A DNA stretch of 64,000 nucleotides. Origin: Macrostomum hystrix. Taxonomy: Eukaryota > Animalia > Platyhelminthes. Positions 12,100 to 25,300 of the stretch are shown here, piece by piece; within the stretch, counting starts at the first letter, position 1; the number at the start of each line of letters is the position of its first letter. A program made the position numbers and the translations under genes. The notes beneath the pieces were generated by a model, which worked only from the letters and a program-made list of their open reading frames with translations, was not told the origin of the DNA and ran no database searches. The DNA lies in assembly GCA_950097015.1 (NCBI GenBank), contig CATNEN010000011.1:1488001-1552000 (forward strand), read 5' to 3'.

Positions 12100-12745
12100 A
12101 TCTTTGCCACCTGCTTCATTAACCTCTTTTACGTGCTTCATTATCTTCTTTTATCTGCTTCTTTATCTTATTTTACCTACTTTATCTTCTTGCACCTGCT
12201 TCATTATCTTCTTTTATCTGCTTCCTTATCTTCTTTTACCTGCTTCATTATCTTCTTTTACCTGCTTCATTATCTCATTTTACCTACTTTATCTTCTTGC
12301 ACCTGCTTCATTATCTTCTTTTATCTGCTTCCTTATCTTCTTTTACCTGCTTCATTATTTTCTTTTATCTGCTTCATTATCTTCTTTTACCTGCTTCATT
12401 ATTTTCTTTTATCTGCTTCCTTATCTTCTTTTACCTGCTTCATTATCTTATTTTACCTGCTTCATTATCTTCTTTTACCTGCTTCATTATCTTCTTTTAC
12501 CTGCTTCATTATCTCCTTTTACCTACTTTATCTTCTTGCACCTGCTTCATTATCTTCTTTTATCTGCTTCCTTATCTTCTTTTACCTACTTCATTATCTT
12601 CTTTTATCTGCTTCCTTATCTTCTTTTACCTGCTTCATTATCTCCTTTTACCTGCTTCATTATCTTCTTTTACCTGCTTCATTATCTTCTTTTACCTGCT
12701 TCATTATCTTATTTTACCTGCTTTATTAACTTCTTGCACCTGCGT
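12100..12745. repeat. Pyrimidine-rich 22-24-bp minisatellite (ACCTGCTTCATTATCTTCTTTT)n
   Basis: Visible tandem array giving open frames in all three phases. Confidence 0.9.
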
Positions 12746-12896
12746 TGATATTTTCCTAAACAATTTTATTGTATTTTATTTGTACCTACTAAACTACAAA
12801 CTTTCATCTTTCATAGTCTTCCGTTGATAATTTGTAACTAAACGATAAACGAAATAAAAAGCAAGCTAGAAGCATTCACAGATCTCCCCAGAAAAT

Positions 12897-14971
12897 TCAA
12901 GACATCGACGATGGCATGTCGGCAAATGGCGGATTCGTGAGATCGCCGTCCAATTCCTGATAGGCCTCGTTGAAGATGAGCTCACAGTGGCAGGGCGTGG
13001 CCAGGATGCACTGAAACTGGTACTTGTCGCCCCAGCCTTTGACAAATGACAGACGAATTGAGCACAGCGCCTGGGCGTGATTGAGAACCTCTCTAGGCGA
13101 ATAGGTGTGGCGAAGCTGTTGCACGCGGTCGAGAAATTTTCTCATAGAAAATATCAGAACCTTGTCACCTAGGTGGGGTAAGCCATTTGATAATTTGTAA
13201 AAAAATCCGCACTTGCCTACTCACGAGTAGCAAGTATGAAATGTAGCTAAAGTACAAATCAATGTCAATATTTAGTTAACCCCGAGCATTATATGGTTCC
13301 AGTTAATTTCAGTTTGTGTTCATAATTCGTTTGATATATGATTATAAAAATAGACTATATGCAGCAGAAAACGCGCACAACAAACAATGGTTTAGGCAGA
13401 GTTAGTATATAAGTATATTAAAGAGGGGGTAACTAGATTCTAGATGCCACAAAACAGTGGGAGTGGGGTGGGTGGCTTGAGCTCCAAGGAGGAAGAAAAA
13501 CAAACAGAAACAGCTATAGAGAAGAAAAGACAAGAGGGAAGAACGTTTATTAAAATGGCGAGAGAAATATCGAACGACAGACATGAGTCATTGAGTTTGT
13601 CGTGTCTAAAACGTGGTAGAAATGACGCAAATAAAAACCGTTATTTCATATTGCATTGGCATTATTATTTTTTGCAAAGTACAAATAGTGCGACACCCAC
13701 TGTGTGAGCGATGACAGGGTGTTGTGCAATACTCACTGACAGTTTATATAAAAAGTTCGAATTAAACTTCATTGAACAGCTGTACATAGCCTCTGAATTC
13801 TAGGACTTATCTTGTGGGGAAATTTCTATTTTTGACGTAACCCTACTAAGACCTCGTGTCTTATCTCCCCCTGTCTTATCTCCTCGTGTCTAATCTCCCA
13901 TTGTCTCATCTTTACCGTGTCTAATCTCCCCTTGTCTCATCACTAACGTGTCTTATCTCCCTTAGTCTAATCTCTACCGTGTCTAATCTCCCCGTCTCAT
14001 CTCTAACGTGTCTTATCTTCCCCTGTCTCATCTCTAACGTGTTTAATCTCCCTTAGTCTCATCTCTAACGTGTTTAATCTCCCCTTGTCTTATCTCTAAC
14101 GTGTTTTATCTCCCCCTGTCTCATCTCTAACGTGTCTTATCTCCCTTAGTCTCATCTCTACTGTGTCCAATCTCCCCTTGTCTCATCTCTAATAAAGTGT
14201 CTAATTTCCCTTTGTCTTATCTCCTCGTGTTTAATCTTCCCGTCTCATCTCGACCGTGTCTAATCTCCCTTAGTCTCATCTCCTCGTGTCTAATCCCGCT
14301 TTGTCTCATCTCCTCGTCTCTAATCTCGCTTCGTCTCATCTCTGCCGTGTCTAATCTTACCCTAACTCATCTCCTCGTGTCTAATCTCCCCATGCCTCAT
14401 ATGAGGTTATTGACCCTAATTTGAAACTGAAGCCCAAATTAGCACCAAACTCACTGTTGACATCGATTCGTTTAACAACAATTGGATCCGTATCGTAATT
14501 GATGCACGGAGCCTGAAAGAACACCGGACAGCTGGATAGATTAGTTAAAAATACTTCGCCGCTTTCGGAGTTGCGTTGTACCCGAACGCCGCGACCAATG
14601 TAACGCCTGATGCTTTCAACCTCTTTGCAGCGGTTGACATTGCTCAGAGCGCCAACTGAGAAGCGACCAGACGCCGACGGGCAGGTGTAGCCATCGATGG
14701 TGAATTCCGAGCTAGCGGCGTGATAACTTTCTCCTATTTTAGCTTTCAATTCGTAGTATTGCACACTGCACCAAGGACTATTTGATAGTGCACTAGCGGT
14801 GGTGTTGGCAGCGGCTGCTGTACCAGACGGGCCAATGTAGGCAGAGAGCGGTGCGCCAAACTCACCGCCAGGCAGGAACGCAGATACCGGAGCGTGAGTC
14901 TGCAGATGCTGCAGCGGCGGCTGCTGCTGCTGCTGCTGCTGCTGACCTTGGTTGTTAGCACCGTTGTTCAT
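12897..14971 (-). CDS. Smad family protein, MH2 domain (exons 14971-14455 and 13168-12897, 262 aa); no MH1 found
   Basis: PWCSVQYYELKAKIGE, IDGYTCPS..RFSVGALSNVNR, IRRYIGRGV and CSIRLSFVKGWG..Y..Q...TPC are MH2 motifs. C-terminal SSMS*. The phase-1 GTGAGT...CTAG intron joins the exons in frame. Confidence 0.85.
13850..14395. repeat. Degenerate ~30-bp minisatellite (GTGTCTAATCTCCCCTTGTCTCATCTCTAAC) in the Smad intron
   Basis: Visible array, related to the repeat flanking the LTR element at 48600-48748 and 53277-53385. Confidence 0.85.
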
Positions 14972-15480
14972 GCGTTCTTCGGCAGTGGCATGCAAGTGAG
15001 AATCGCTGTAAAATAATCATTTTGAAAATAAATTGGACTAATAAAACTTATGCGTTGATCATCTGAGACTTCTTTTTAAATGCGATTTCTTAGAAAGATT
15101 CCTACGAGGTTCATTAGGTTCAATAGGTTCATTACGCTATTACGTTATAATCTATAATTAAAAATTAAGAATACTCGCAATATAATATAAATAGTGACAT
15201 GGACCAACTATAATTGATACCACAACGTCTGCACCCAGTGCACCCCGCCCTCCCCTGGAGACACTTTCACACGTGTGCCAATAAGTGAGTCAGGGCGCAG
15301 ACAGGCCTAGACCAGTCCTGTCTGGTGTTGTATTTTTAGAATTCGCTGACGAAAGACGAAAACTAAATGAGAGAACTTCAGACTAGGTTATTGATTTTTA
15401 TAGGATTAAACTTGGTTTAAAATAGTTCTCTTTATTTCAAGCAAGCTCCGAGGTTTACAAATTTTATGGGTCGTATATTA

Positions 15481-15813
15481 GGGGGTCAGTGGCAGAGCGA
15501 TTATCGCGTTTGCCTCTCGCACCACGGTCCCTAAGTTCGATTCGGCGAGGCCACACTCATTTGGGGCGCAGCCGCAGAGAGAAGGCTTGGGGGCTTGTCG
15601 TGCAATTTACGCCCTTGAGGGGCCAACCTCTAAGGCACAGTGAAATGTACACTGCCTGACGATGAGAAAGTCAGGGCAGATGTACACACCTGTGTGAGCG
15701 TGTGTGCTCAGGAGTCAGCGAAATGGGCAGAACTGCCTCCCCGCTGGCTGCGGGTCTAGTGTCACCAAATGATGTGCCATTGCCTGCAGCCCTCCTGCAA
15801 TTATTATTATTAT
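15481..15813 (+). mobile_element. tRNA-derived SINE family A, near full length
   Basis: Head GGGGTCAGTGGCAGAGCG...GTTCGATTC, shared body, (ATT)n tail. Confidence 0.85.
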
Positions 15814-17159
15814 GGATCGTATTGAATCTACGGACCAAAGACAATCGACACGAATCATGAAGAAGTCTAATATAAAGCAAGCAATTTTAGGTTTGATATT
15901 TTGGTTTAATAAAGCATGCTAAATTACCAAAATAGGGAAGGAATTAAACCTAATGAACAAATCTGAGCGAGTCAAATAAGGAAACAAAAATACTGCCACA
16001 ATCTGAATATGAAAAGGAATGGACAAATTAGGAAATAGAAGCAAATTTAAACTAGATGCTTAGATTTACTATTAACCCTTAAAAGACTACAAAACACGCG
16101 CAATAAAAAAACTGCTATCATCTTAGGTGGCCCACAATGTCTACCTTGCTTTAGGGGGCATTGAATTATTTTACAGAATAGAAAAAAGAGCACTACTTTG
16201 CTGGTAAAGATTAATTACATTCAAAAGCCACCTTTAACAAATAAGTAAGCGATACGCTTTTAAATAGACTCAAAAGTTTGAGTTCAAAGTTTTCATTCTC
16301 TCTGTCTCCGAACACAAAGATGAAATGGAATGTAAGGAATGTGCGACAAAACAGATAAGATTTCAAATCAGGAAATATATAATATTCTATTTATCTAATT
16401 CCTGACAAGGTTCAGGAGCTTTGTGTCCCTGCACTAGATTAGGAAATGAAAGTGTTATTTTTTAGTATGGAATTTATTTTATACTACTCAATAAAAGAAT
16501 ATGCAATACAATTGTTTAGCCGAGAGTAGATGGAATTAATCTAATTATAATGAAACTCAGATAGAGTACCGGCATACTCAGATAGAGTACCGGCATATTT
16601 CGGCATTGCCATTAAGTTTGCAAAGCTTTGTCGCATAAGCTACTCTAGAAGAGTGTCTGCTGTCTCATAAATTTTCTCTCAACATCCATTCGCTAGTTTA
16701 ACTCGCTAATTAGCACCGCGCCGCTTAGCTATAATTCACACTTAGGCAAGTTACCATGGACACAAAAAGCGATATTTTAACAAACCGTAAACTTTTATAA
16801 ACTAGATATTCACATTTTTTCTAATTCTCTATTCTTTCTTTTCATGATACTCCAATGCAAACAATTTAACAAAGAATTTTTCTTAATAAAAGAGAATTTT
16901 TAGACCACAAAAGAAGAGAGAATATTAGTGTTTAGTGTGTTTGCAGATTGTAAAGCGCGTGGCCACACGCGAGCCCGAAAACTAATTAGGATTGGACAAG
17001 AGGGCAGGAAGGCCAAGTCTTGCTTCTTCCCCCGCAAACCGCAAAAGCTATAAGTACTCCGCAGTTTGCCGGTCCGACAAGCACTCGAAGCTAAAAATAT
17101 AATTTGGAACACAGCTCCGTAGACCTTCCAAGACGATTAAAATAAAACACGGAGTTGCC

Positions 17160-18107
17160 ATGACAACAATAAACACAGCAGTCGATTTAATGATTTCATT
17201 CGATACAACTTCGTCGATGCACACAGTGCTAGAATCGGCCCGCCGCGATCTGGGCTCCATATTGCGCTGTCTATTCAAGGCTAGCGCAAATCTGCGAGTC
17301 GGTTTAATAGTGCACGGAGACTATGGCGATGTGTATGAGACCCGGCTAGCTCAGCCTACAGACGATGCCAATAGGCTGATTAAATTCTTGGCCGATGCGC
17401 CAAACACATGCGGCTTAGACTATCCAGAGTGCTACGAATTGGTGCTGCATCAGGCCGCTACTAAAGTACATTGGCGCAAAAAACCCGGAGTGGCGCGTCT
17501 ACTCGTGTTGCTAGGCGACGCGGTGCCACACGCGCCAAACAGTAGGCGCAACAAGTACCGCCTAGATTGGCGCAAGGAGGCGCGCAGCTTGGCCGATTTG
17601 AATGTCTCAGTCTATTGCGTCGACTGCGGCGGCGTCGGCACCGGATTCTACAGCTTCGCAAATGAACTCTGCGGCATCTGCAACGGCGCCGCGGTGCCCT
17701 ATCGAGGCAGTCGGGAGCTTCGGCTACTATTGAAAGAGCTACTGCTGTTAGTTAAAGAGCAACCGAAAGGGCGCACAGCTGGCCAAGTGTCGCTGGAGCG
17801 TCGGTATCAAAGCTATCACAGCGATTCGCAGATGGCGGAGACTGTGCCAACTAGCACAACAGCCTACTCGTCAGTAGCATCAACAGACGATTCGTCAACT
17901 TCTAGTATAACAACGCTGCCAAATAGTCGATCAACGCCATCGGTCGTAAAGAAATGCGAATCAATAACGCCAAGCTGCGTAGTACTGGCGTTAGCACGCG
18001 GTGGAGGCCTGGCCATTGGCAAGACAGCGCATTGGGCCGGAAGGGCAATGCTATATTTAGCACTGATTTATCTATTGTACTGCCTGTACGTAGACGCGTG
18101 CTGGTAG
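17160..18107 (+). CDS. Intronless von Willebrand factor A (vWA) domain protein with C-terminal hydrophobic segment
   Basis: VDLMISFDTTSSM (MIDAS-like DxTxS), LRVGLIVHGDY, DYPECYELVL and LLVLLGDAVPH; Ser/Thr-rich linker; C-terminal AMLYLALIYLLYCLYV. Confidence 0.8.
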   Translation: MTTINTAVDLMISFDTTSSMHTVLESARRDLGSILRCLFKASANLRVGLIVHGDYGDVYETRLAQPTDDANRLIKFLADAPNTCGLDYPECYELVLHQAATKVHWRKKPGVARLLVLLGDAVPHAPNSRRNKYRLDWRKEARSLADLNVSVYCVDCGGVGTGFYSFANELCGICNGAAVPYRGSRELRLLLKELLLLVKEQPKGRTAGQVSLERRYQSYHSDSQMAETVPTSTTAYSSVASTDDSSTSSITTLPNSRSTPSVVKKCESITPSCVVLALARGGGLAIGKTAHWAGRAMLYLALIYLLYCLYVDACW

Positions 18108-19092
18108 AGGTGAACATTATCGCTAAGCTGCATTGCTGACTGAACAACAGAATATAATCAATTTTCAAATGCTTATAATTTCTCCACCGGTTTTACGTTA
18201 CTAATTAATTTAACAATTTTTACAGATCTACCTGTCATGCATACTTTTCCAAAGATAGCCACTTTATTATTTGCATCAACCATTAATGAAACGCACTTTC
18301 AACTAATGAAATTTATTTTTTGACTTAATAATTTACTAACTTACTGGCTGACAGCTAGAGCTAAAAATGAAGATCATATAAAAAAGAAACAGTAAATGTA
18401 AGATCATCTTTCTGAATAGTGCACTCACCAAAAATGACAATATGTACTTATCAATCTAGGAAGTTACAATTTAAAAATGTATACATACAATAAAATGACA
18501 GAAAACAAGATCAAGTGAGAGATAAGTATTAGCAGTGACAATAAAATTGGAATAGCAAGAAATATTGTCACTGCTTAAACGATTCGGATCCGTTTGAAAC
18601 TCAGAAAATAAAAAGAATTCAGGTAAATTTTTAATCAAAGAAGGAAATGATTTTAAAACACACTGTGAGAGGAACAAACTAAAACAATTAAACTACATCA
18701 AAGAGTGTCTCGAAAATCTAAAAAAAAGTTTGAATGACTCAATACGGTGAGGTCTGTTGATTTAATAATGAGTAATTCTACCTTATCTAATAATGAGTCA
18801 TTTCTTATTAAAACGAAAGAAAAAAGACTGACGTTGACAAAGGCAAAAAACTGTTTTTTTAATAACCGAAACACAAATGAACCGTTAAATTAAAGAAACT
18901 TAAAATTACATTTCGATAATAACAAGATTTTTTTCTATTGTTGACCATATTTGCCACTAAGCCTATGGATAATATACAAATATAACAAATTTGTAATTTG
19001 GTTTCCGAGGACTTCAACAGATTTTGGTGAAGAAGTTATTGTAAAAAACTTTTGAGTTGTAACAACAGTGTACGATTTATGGGGTACAACTT

Positions 19093-19165
19093 GTAGGCCC
19101 AGCGGTTAGAGCCTTGGACTTCTGACTAAAAGGTCGGGAGTTCCAATCTCGGCCTAATCGAAACT
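19093..19165 (+). mobile_element. Degenerate tRNA-like sequence (SINE head or tRNA pseudogene)
   Basis: TAGGCCCAGCGGTTAG...GACTTCTGAC...GGGAGTTCCAATCTC resembles A/B boxes; no clear acceptor stem. Confidence 0.4.
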
Positions 19166-19345
19166 ACCAGCCTGCCTAGTCCACGGACTGAAAAGCATTT
19201 TTTAAGCGCTACGACATAAACGACACTTGGCCGGACTGGTACAATAAAGAGTCAAAGGAGAAACTGACATTTTCGACATTCTGACTTCAATTTCGTTTTT
19301 TTAATTCAACGGGAAAATCACTACTTTTGATTAAAAAAGTAACGT

Positions 19346-22300
19346 TCAGGCTTTAACAATATCAACGGTTAGTGACAGAGGCATCAACGGACAGTTGGAA
19401 TCGGCTACGCGAAACAGCTGACCCCAGGTGCTGTCTGAACCTGTTTCAGCAGGCAGCTGGCGAATCTGGGCGCGCACAGACAGCCAGCGAGCACCGTCGG
19501 CCACCTCGCCAGTGTAGAAGCTCTCCTGAACAGCAACACTAGACCCAGTGTCGCTGGACAGGCAGGTCTCTATGACAACGTCACTGTGATTGGCAGCCAA
19601 AGATAGCATCAGGCGTAAATTGGCTAATCGGTAGGCGCCCCCGAAGGCAGACAGATCGATGCGCCATTCGATGCTGCCAACAACGCCGGGACCACCGCGT
19701 TCGCGACACAGGTAGCCTACCTGTGAGAGTGGGTGATGGGCGGCTGTCGGATTCTACGAGTATAATAAACTAATAATCAAAGCCAAGCCACTTTTAATGG
19801 CCTAGCCTTGATTTTAGCGATGGTTGCTCATTTGGTTGCAAATAATCTCATTTAATTGTTAACGACCTCATCTGGTTGCTAATGACCTCATTTGGCCTTG
19901 GTCGCTGATAACCTCATGTGGTAAACGGCCTTTTTGCTTATTAAAGACATAATTTGGTTGCTAATGACCTCGTTTGGTTGCTAATCACTAATTCTAGTTT
20001 CTAAAAACAATTCGAAAGCTATAATGATAAGCCAGCTCCTTTAAAAAGCAACCTTTCGTCCAGGACAGCCAGGATTATCTTCAACAACTCGTCGCAGATT
20101 GTCGCAGGCAAGGGCGCAGCTTCGCCAACCGATGCTAGCCGAATGGCCGTCCGTAGATCTGGTGTATTTGTCGCTAAAAATATCGTAGGTTAGCGACAGT
20201 TGACCGCCGGCCAGCTCGCGTTCAGTAGGAGTGATTACGTAACCGGCATTGGCGTCACCGGCTCCGCCGATAACCGAATGAGTTGAAGCGGCTTCTGTTG
20301 ATTGCTTTCGTTTCTGCTGCTCAGAGCTGGCCTGCTGCTGCTGTTCTTCTGGCAATTTCGAATCTGGATTGCTTGAGGTCGACGAGCCAGCAGCGGGTTT
20401 ATCAGCAACGGCAACGCTGGCAGAGGCAGCTGTAGCTGCTGTAGCTTCCGATTTCGATAGGTCGGGTTGAATATTGACGACCAGATTAAACGGCAGTGCG
20501 TCAGTTCTAAAATCGATTTGAATGTTTAAAAGTCAAATAAGTGAGTATATAGAGTCTCAGGATAGGCTTAGATAACCTTTGAAGTCCAAGGATTGGGATC
20601 TTCGAAGTTGTTGAATGTCAAGGTTTGAAGTCGTAGGATCGAGGATCTTGCGAGTTGTTGAATGTCAAGAAGGTGTGAAGTCGTAGGATCGAGGATCTAG
20701 TTGTTGAATGTCAAGAAGGTGTGAAGTAGTAGTATCATAGATCATCAATTTGTGCAAGGCCTAGGTGTGAAGTGTCCAGACAGATAATATTGCAAGTGTC
20801 ATATCAGTGAACATATCAGGCCCCACTAACCCATCGAGAGAACGTCGAAACAGCTGACACTTCTGCCAAGCCAAGTCGCCGCGACCGCCAGCCAATCGGA
20901 CAGTGAAACGCACAGATTTGGCAGCAGCAGCGCCAGCCAGACTAGTTTGAACAGAACATTTCTCCTCATACGATTGACTAACCAGATTATTGTCGATGTG
21001 CAATGTCCAGTGAATGACAGTGGAATTGTCAAATTTTTTCGCTTCGGCATCAATACAGACAGATGCGATGCAGAATTTACTGCCAGTTAAATCTACTAGC
21101 CAAGAAGCTTCGCCGTCAGAATCGGCCGGACAGCCTTCTTGCCGGCTTAGATATACCATCCGCCAATCGTTCTCGCGTTTCAAAGCCAATCGGTTGCACC
21201 TGTTTAGACAGGTTCGCCAACCAGGAATAAGAACTGGCGGCTTGCCGATTCCAACCTCACGCCTATATTCATCGGTTGCCGGATTATAAGCAACGCAAAT
21301 TCTTCCGGCTGATAATTCGTAATCAGTTGGTGCGAATTTGAATTCCGGCTGGCGGGAACTGGCGGAGGATTGCTGGGATGCTTCGCGGCGATTCAGGCGC
21401 CAAACTAGCGAGCCGCTCTGGCGGCCTTGCAACTCGGCGCCGGCCGACGAAGGTTTGCGAGGAGTCAGAAATTCTACAATTTCTCGGCAGCGACGTTGGC
21501 GAAGCAGGCGCTTACGCTCGACCCCCAGGTGCAGATAGTCATCCTGTGCAATTCCGCATTGCTTATAATTATAGATCGATTATGAGAGAAGAAAATTACA
21601 GCCAGTGGCGCCGCTGCTTTAGTCTATGGCTTTGAAGGTGTCGCCGCAACATTCTTAATTGCATTAGATTAGGACACTATTAGACGAATATTACATAAAT
21701 TTTTCCATCTGACTTCCGCAGTGAAAATCCGTTCATATAGAATCGTATTGCACGTGAGAAATGGGAGCATTATACGAAGCGAAGAATTAGTTTATAAAAA
21801 TTTTAACATGAAATAATGACTGTTTAATCTGCAGTTTATCTCCAGTTCTATCCAAAATAATAATTAAAAATAATTAAAATAATTATTTACACCTGCCCCA
21901 ATTGGGCCAGATGTGCAGCCGACAGCACAGTCGCAGCTAATGCGCGGCGCATCTGAAGGCTGCGTACGGCTGCTCAGTCCATGGACTGGGGGGACGCCAC
22001 ACCCACCTTTAATTATACCAGCTCGTATGAAGCAATGCAGAGTTTAGTGTCTTGCTATAGGATACAACTTGTTCCCGACAACCGAACCCTCGACCTTTAA
22101 GTCGTGAGTCCGACGCCCTAACCACTAGGCTACAACCTCTTAATCTCTATTCACAAAATAATATATTAATACCCACGCTTTAAGTGCGTCAATGGCGAAT
22201 CCTTTCCCATTCCAAACGTGCCATTAGACAGTTTTGCCTCGTAAGCCATTCCTAATGGTCCAGGCCTTTTCCGGGTGGTTAATGGCTATCAATCAATTTA

Positions 22301-25300
22301 TGGCCATTAACGGTTACGATTTTGCCCAACGGCCAAGAAAATCATGGAACAATGTCAATTAAACAGAATCTTACTTGAAGAGTTCTCTCCAAACAATCCA
22401 CCACCTGGCCCAACCAAATCTCGTTGACGCCTCGCCTATTTAACAGCGCCTTATGCTTAGCCGAATAACGCCAGGCAACATCAACCAGCTCCTCGTGCGA
22501 CATGGCGAATACAAAGCTGAGCGACTTCTTCCAGCCAGTCTCGTAGACCAGCGGCGCGTCGATTTGATTCTCGCACGGATCAACGTGCAGCCAGCGTTGC
22601 TCCAATTCACTGAATACTTCAACCCAGACGTGATCGGTGACGTCATAGACGAATCTAGTATCGAAGCCGAGAGCCCGGCAGAGCAGGTAGAAACAATTGG
22701 CCCACTCGCCGCAGCGCCCGTTGCGAGTTAGCAAAAGCTTCTCCGGATGATTGTAGCGAGGAAAACGTTCGACTCGCTGACACTGAGAGCAGTAGTGAGA
22801 CTCCACTCGAAGGGCGCCGTAGCGACGCTCCTCTTCGTTGGGCGGCAGATTGGCGTTGTTGCTGGACTGGCATTCCTGACCGCAGACGCTGCAGCTGGGA
22901 CTGTTGGTCCATTTGAAGAATTCGTTCTGCGGAATGTATTGAGGATCTTCTTAGACAGGCTAATTCTAAACACATTAATTAAGGGAAGCTTAAAGCAACG
23001 AAACTCAAAAGACAACCATACAGAACCCAGATGAGAGAATCCCTAGGGAACCCATAAAAGGAATACAAAAGCCACACACAATTGGACAAGGGAGAATCCT
23101 AAAGCTACAGAACCCACAAGAGTGAACCAAAAGTTATAGAACTCACAAAAGGGAATTCCAAAGTTACAAAAGCCACAAAAGGGAATTCCGAAGTTACAAA
23201 TGCTACAAAAGGGAATCCCAAAGTTACAAAAGCCACAAAAGGGAATCCCAAAGTTACAAAAGTCACAAAAGGGAATCCCAAAGCTACAGAAGCCGCAAAA
23301 GGGAATCCCAAAGTTACAAAAGTCACAAAAGGGAATCCCAAAGCTTCAGAAGCCACAAAAGGGAATCCCAAAGCTTCAGAAGCCACAAAAGGGAATTCCA
23401 AAGCTAAAAAAGCCACAGAAGGGAATTCAAAAATTACAAAAGCCACAAAAGGGAATCCCAAAGCTACAGAACCCACAAAATGGAATTCCGAAGTTACAAA
23501 TGCCACAAAAGGGAATTCCGAAGTTAAAAAAGCCACAAAAGAGAATCCCAAAGCTAAAAAAGCAACAGAAGGGAATTCCGAAGTTACAAAAGCCCCAAAA
23601 GGGAATTCCAAAGCTAAAAAAGCCCCAGAAGGGAATCCCAAAGCTACAGAACCCACAAAAGGGAATCCCAAAGCTACAGAACCCACCAAAGGGGAATCCA
23701 AAATTCTCTCAAACGAGAGGATGGAATTCCAAGCTAAAACAGAATCAAAGAAAATAAATTCAATAGCTTTATAAGGCATCTATGGGCTAAATCCAACAAT
23801 TATGCAACAAACCTTAAACCAAGCTGTCAGCTCGCACAGTAGCGCGTCTCTTTCAGCCGCCGGCACCTGAGCCTCAGTCAGCAGTTGTGATTGGCCGCTT
23901 TGCGACTGCAGCTGATTGCGCACTTTAGCTTCGGCAGCCTCCCGTAGGCGGGCCATCGGTACGCACTCCCGAGCTCGAGCCTTGAATTAATACACAATAG
24001 AAGTCGAATTAAAAGTTCCGAGAAGTGCTCAATAATAAAATTCTAGTTGTAACTAACCTGCAAACCGGGATCCTCATATTTAGGCATGCCGCTTAGGTGG
24101 GACATCAGACTAAACACCAGCTGGTGATTAGTAGCCCTTGGCGAGGCCAATGCCGGTATCATATTGACATAGATTCTAGGCAGATGCCGGGAATCGGTAA
24201 CTAGGCGAACTAGTTGATTGCGAATCTTGGCAACCCGTACTAGAGGACCCGGAGCCAGTTCGAAGTACTCGCCGCTATTGCTACTGCGGCCTGCGAAATT
24301 GGTGTTTTTCTAGCTGGTGAGGTTGCGGTGGCTTCAATGGTCTATAACAAAAATTATCTACTAGACACTCGCGCTGACTTTTGTTGTATGTTCAGCCCCG
24401 ATTGGGCCAGATGTGCAGTCGGCAGCACAGCCGCAGCTATTGCGCGGCGCATCTGAAGGCTGCGTACGACTGTTCAGTCCATTGACTGGGGAGACGCCAC
24501 GCCCACCTTCAATTACCCCAGCGGATGCTGGTACCCATTCAACATCTGGGTGAACTGAAGCAATAATGCAGAGTTAAGCGCCTAGCTGAAGTTCACAAGT
24601 TTTTCCAGTAGAGTCCGGAATCGAACCCCGGACCTTCAAGTCATGAGTCCGACGCCCTAACCACTAGGCTAAAACCCCAGCTTTAGACGCAGCAAACAGA
24701 TCTTCTTGGTACTTTTACTTTGAGTCGCTACTAGTCGCTTGCGGCGCTGAGTCCAACGGCGTCTAAAAAGGTAACGTAAACTAATAAAGTCCCTACCTGT
24801 CGTTCCGCTAGTATCGTCAGTAAATCCCATAGTGAATAGGCACTCAATGCCACCAGACACTGGTAGAAGCTTCTCAGACACCGTATTGCTGGACACTTTC
24901 AATCGGCGATATTTCACCTCCAACGGATGGGCCAAAATGTTGTCAGCAATGCGCAAAAGAATGTTAGCCGTTGTTCTAGCTAGGCTAGGCTCATTCTCTA
25001 GTAGAGCCGATACGCACTCGTCTAATTGCGGACGCAGCTGTTGAATTCTATTAATTAGCTCCAGCTGGTTGAAGCCGCGCTGACGCCAAACCTAAAATCA
25101 CATATTACTACTCATGAAATAGATATAGTAGTTATAGTAGGCTATGTTTACTATGGGTATGCTATAAACCATTTCTAGACGTGCGTTAAAATTCCTACAA
25201 TAAGCTCCTATTAGTATTAGCTGGAGGGCTGTGGGCAATGCAGGTTTTTTGGCGATAGTAGACCCGAAGCCTACGAGAGGCAACTCTTCTCATTCCGCTA

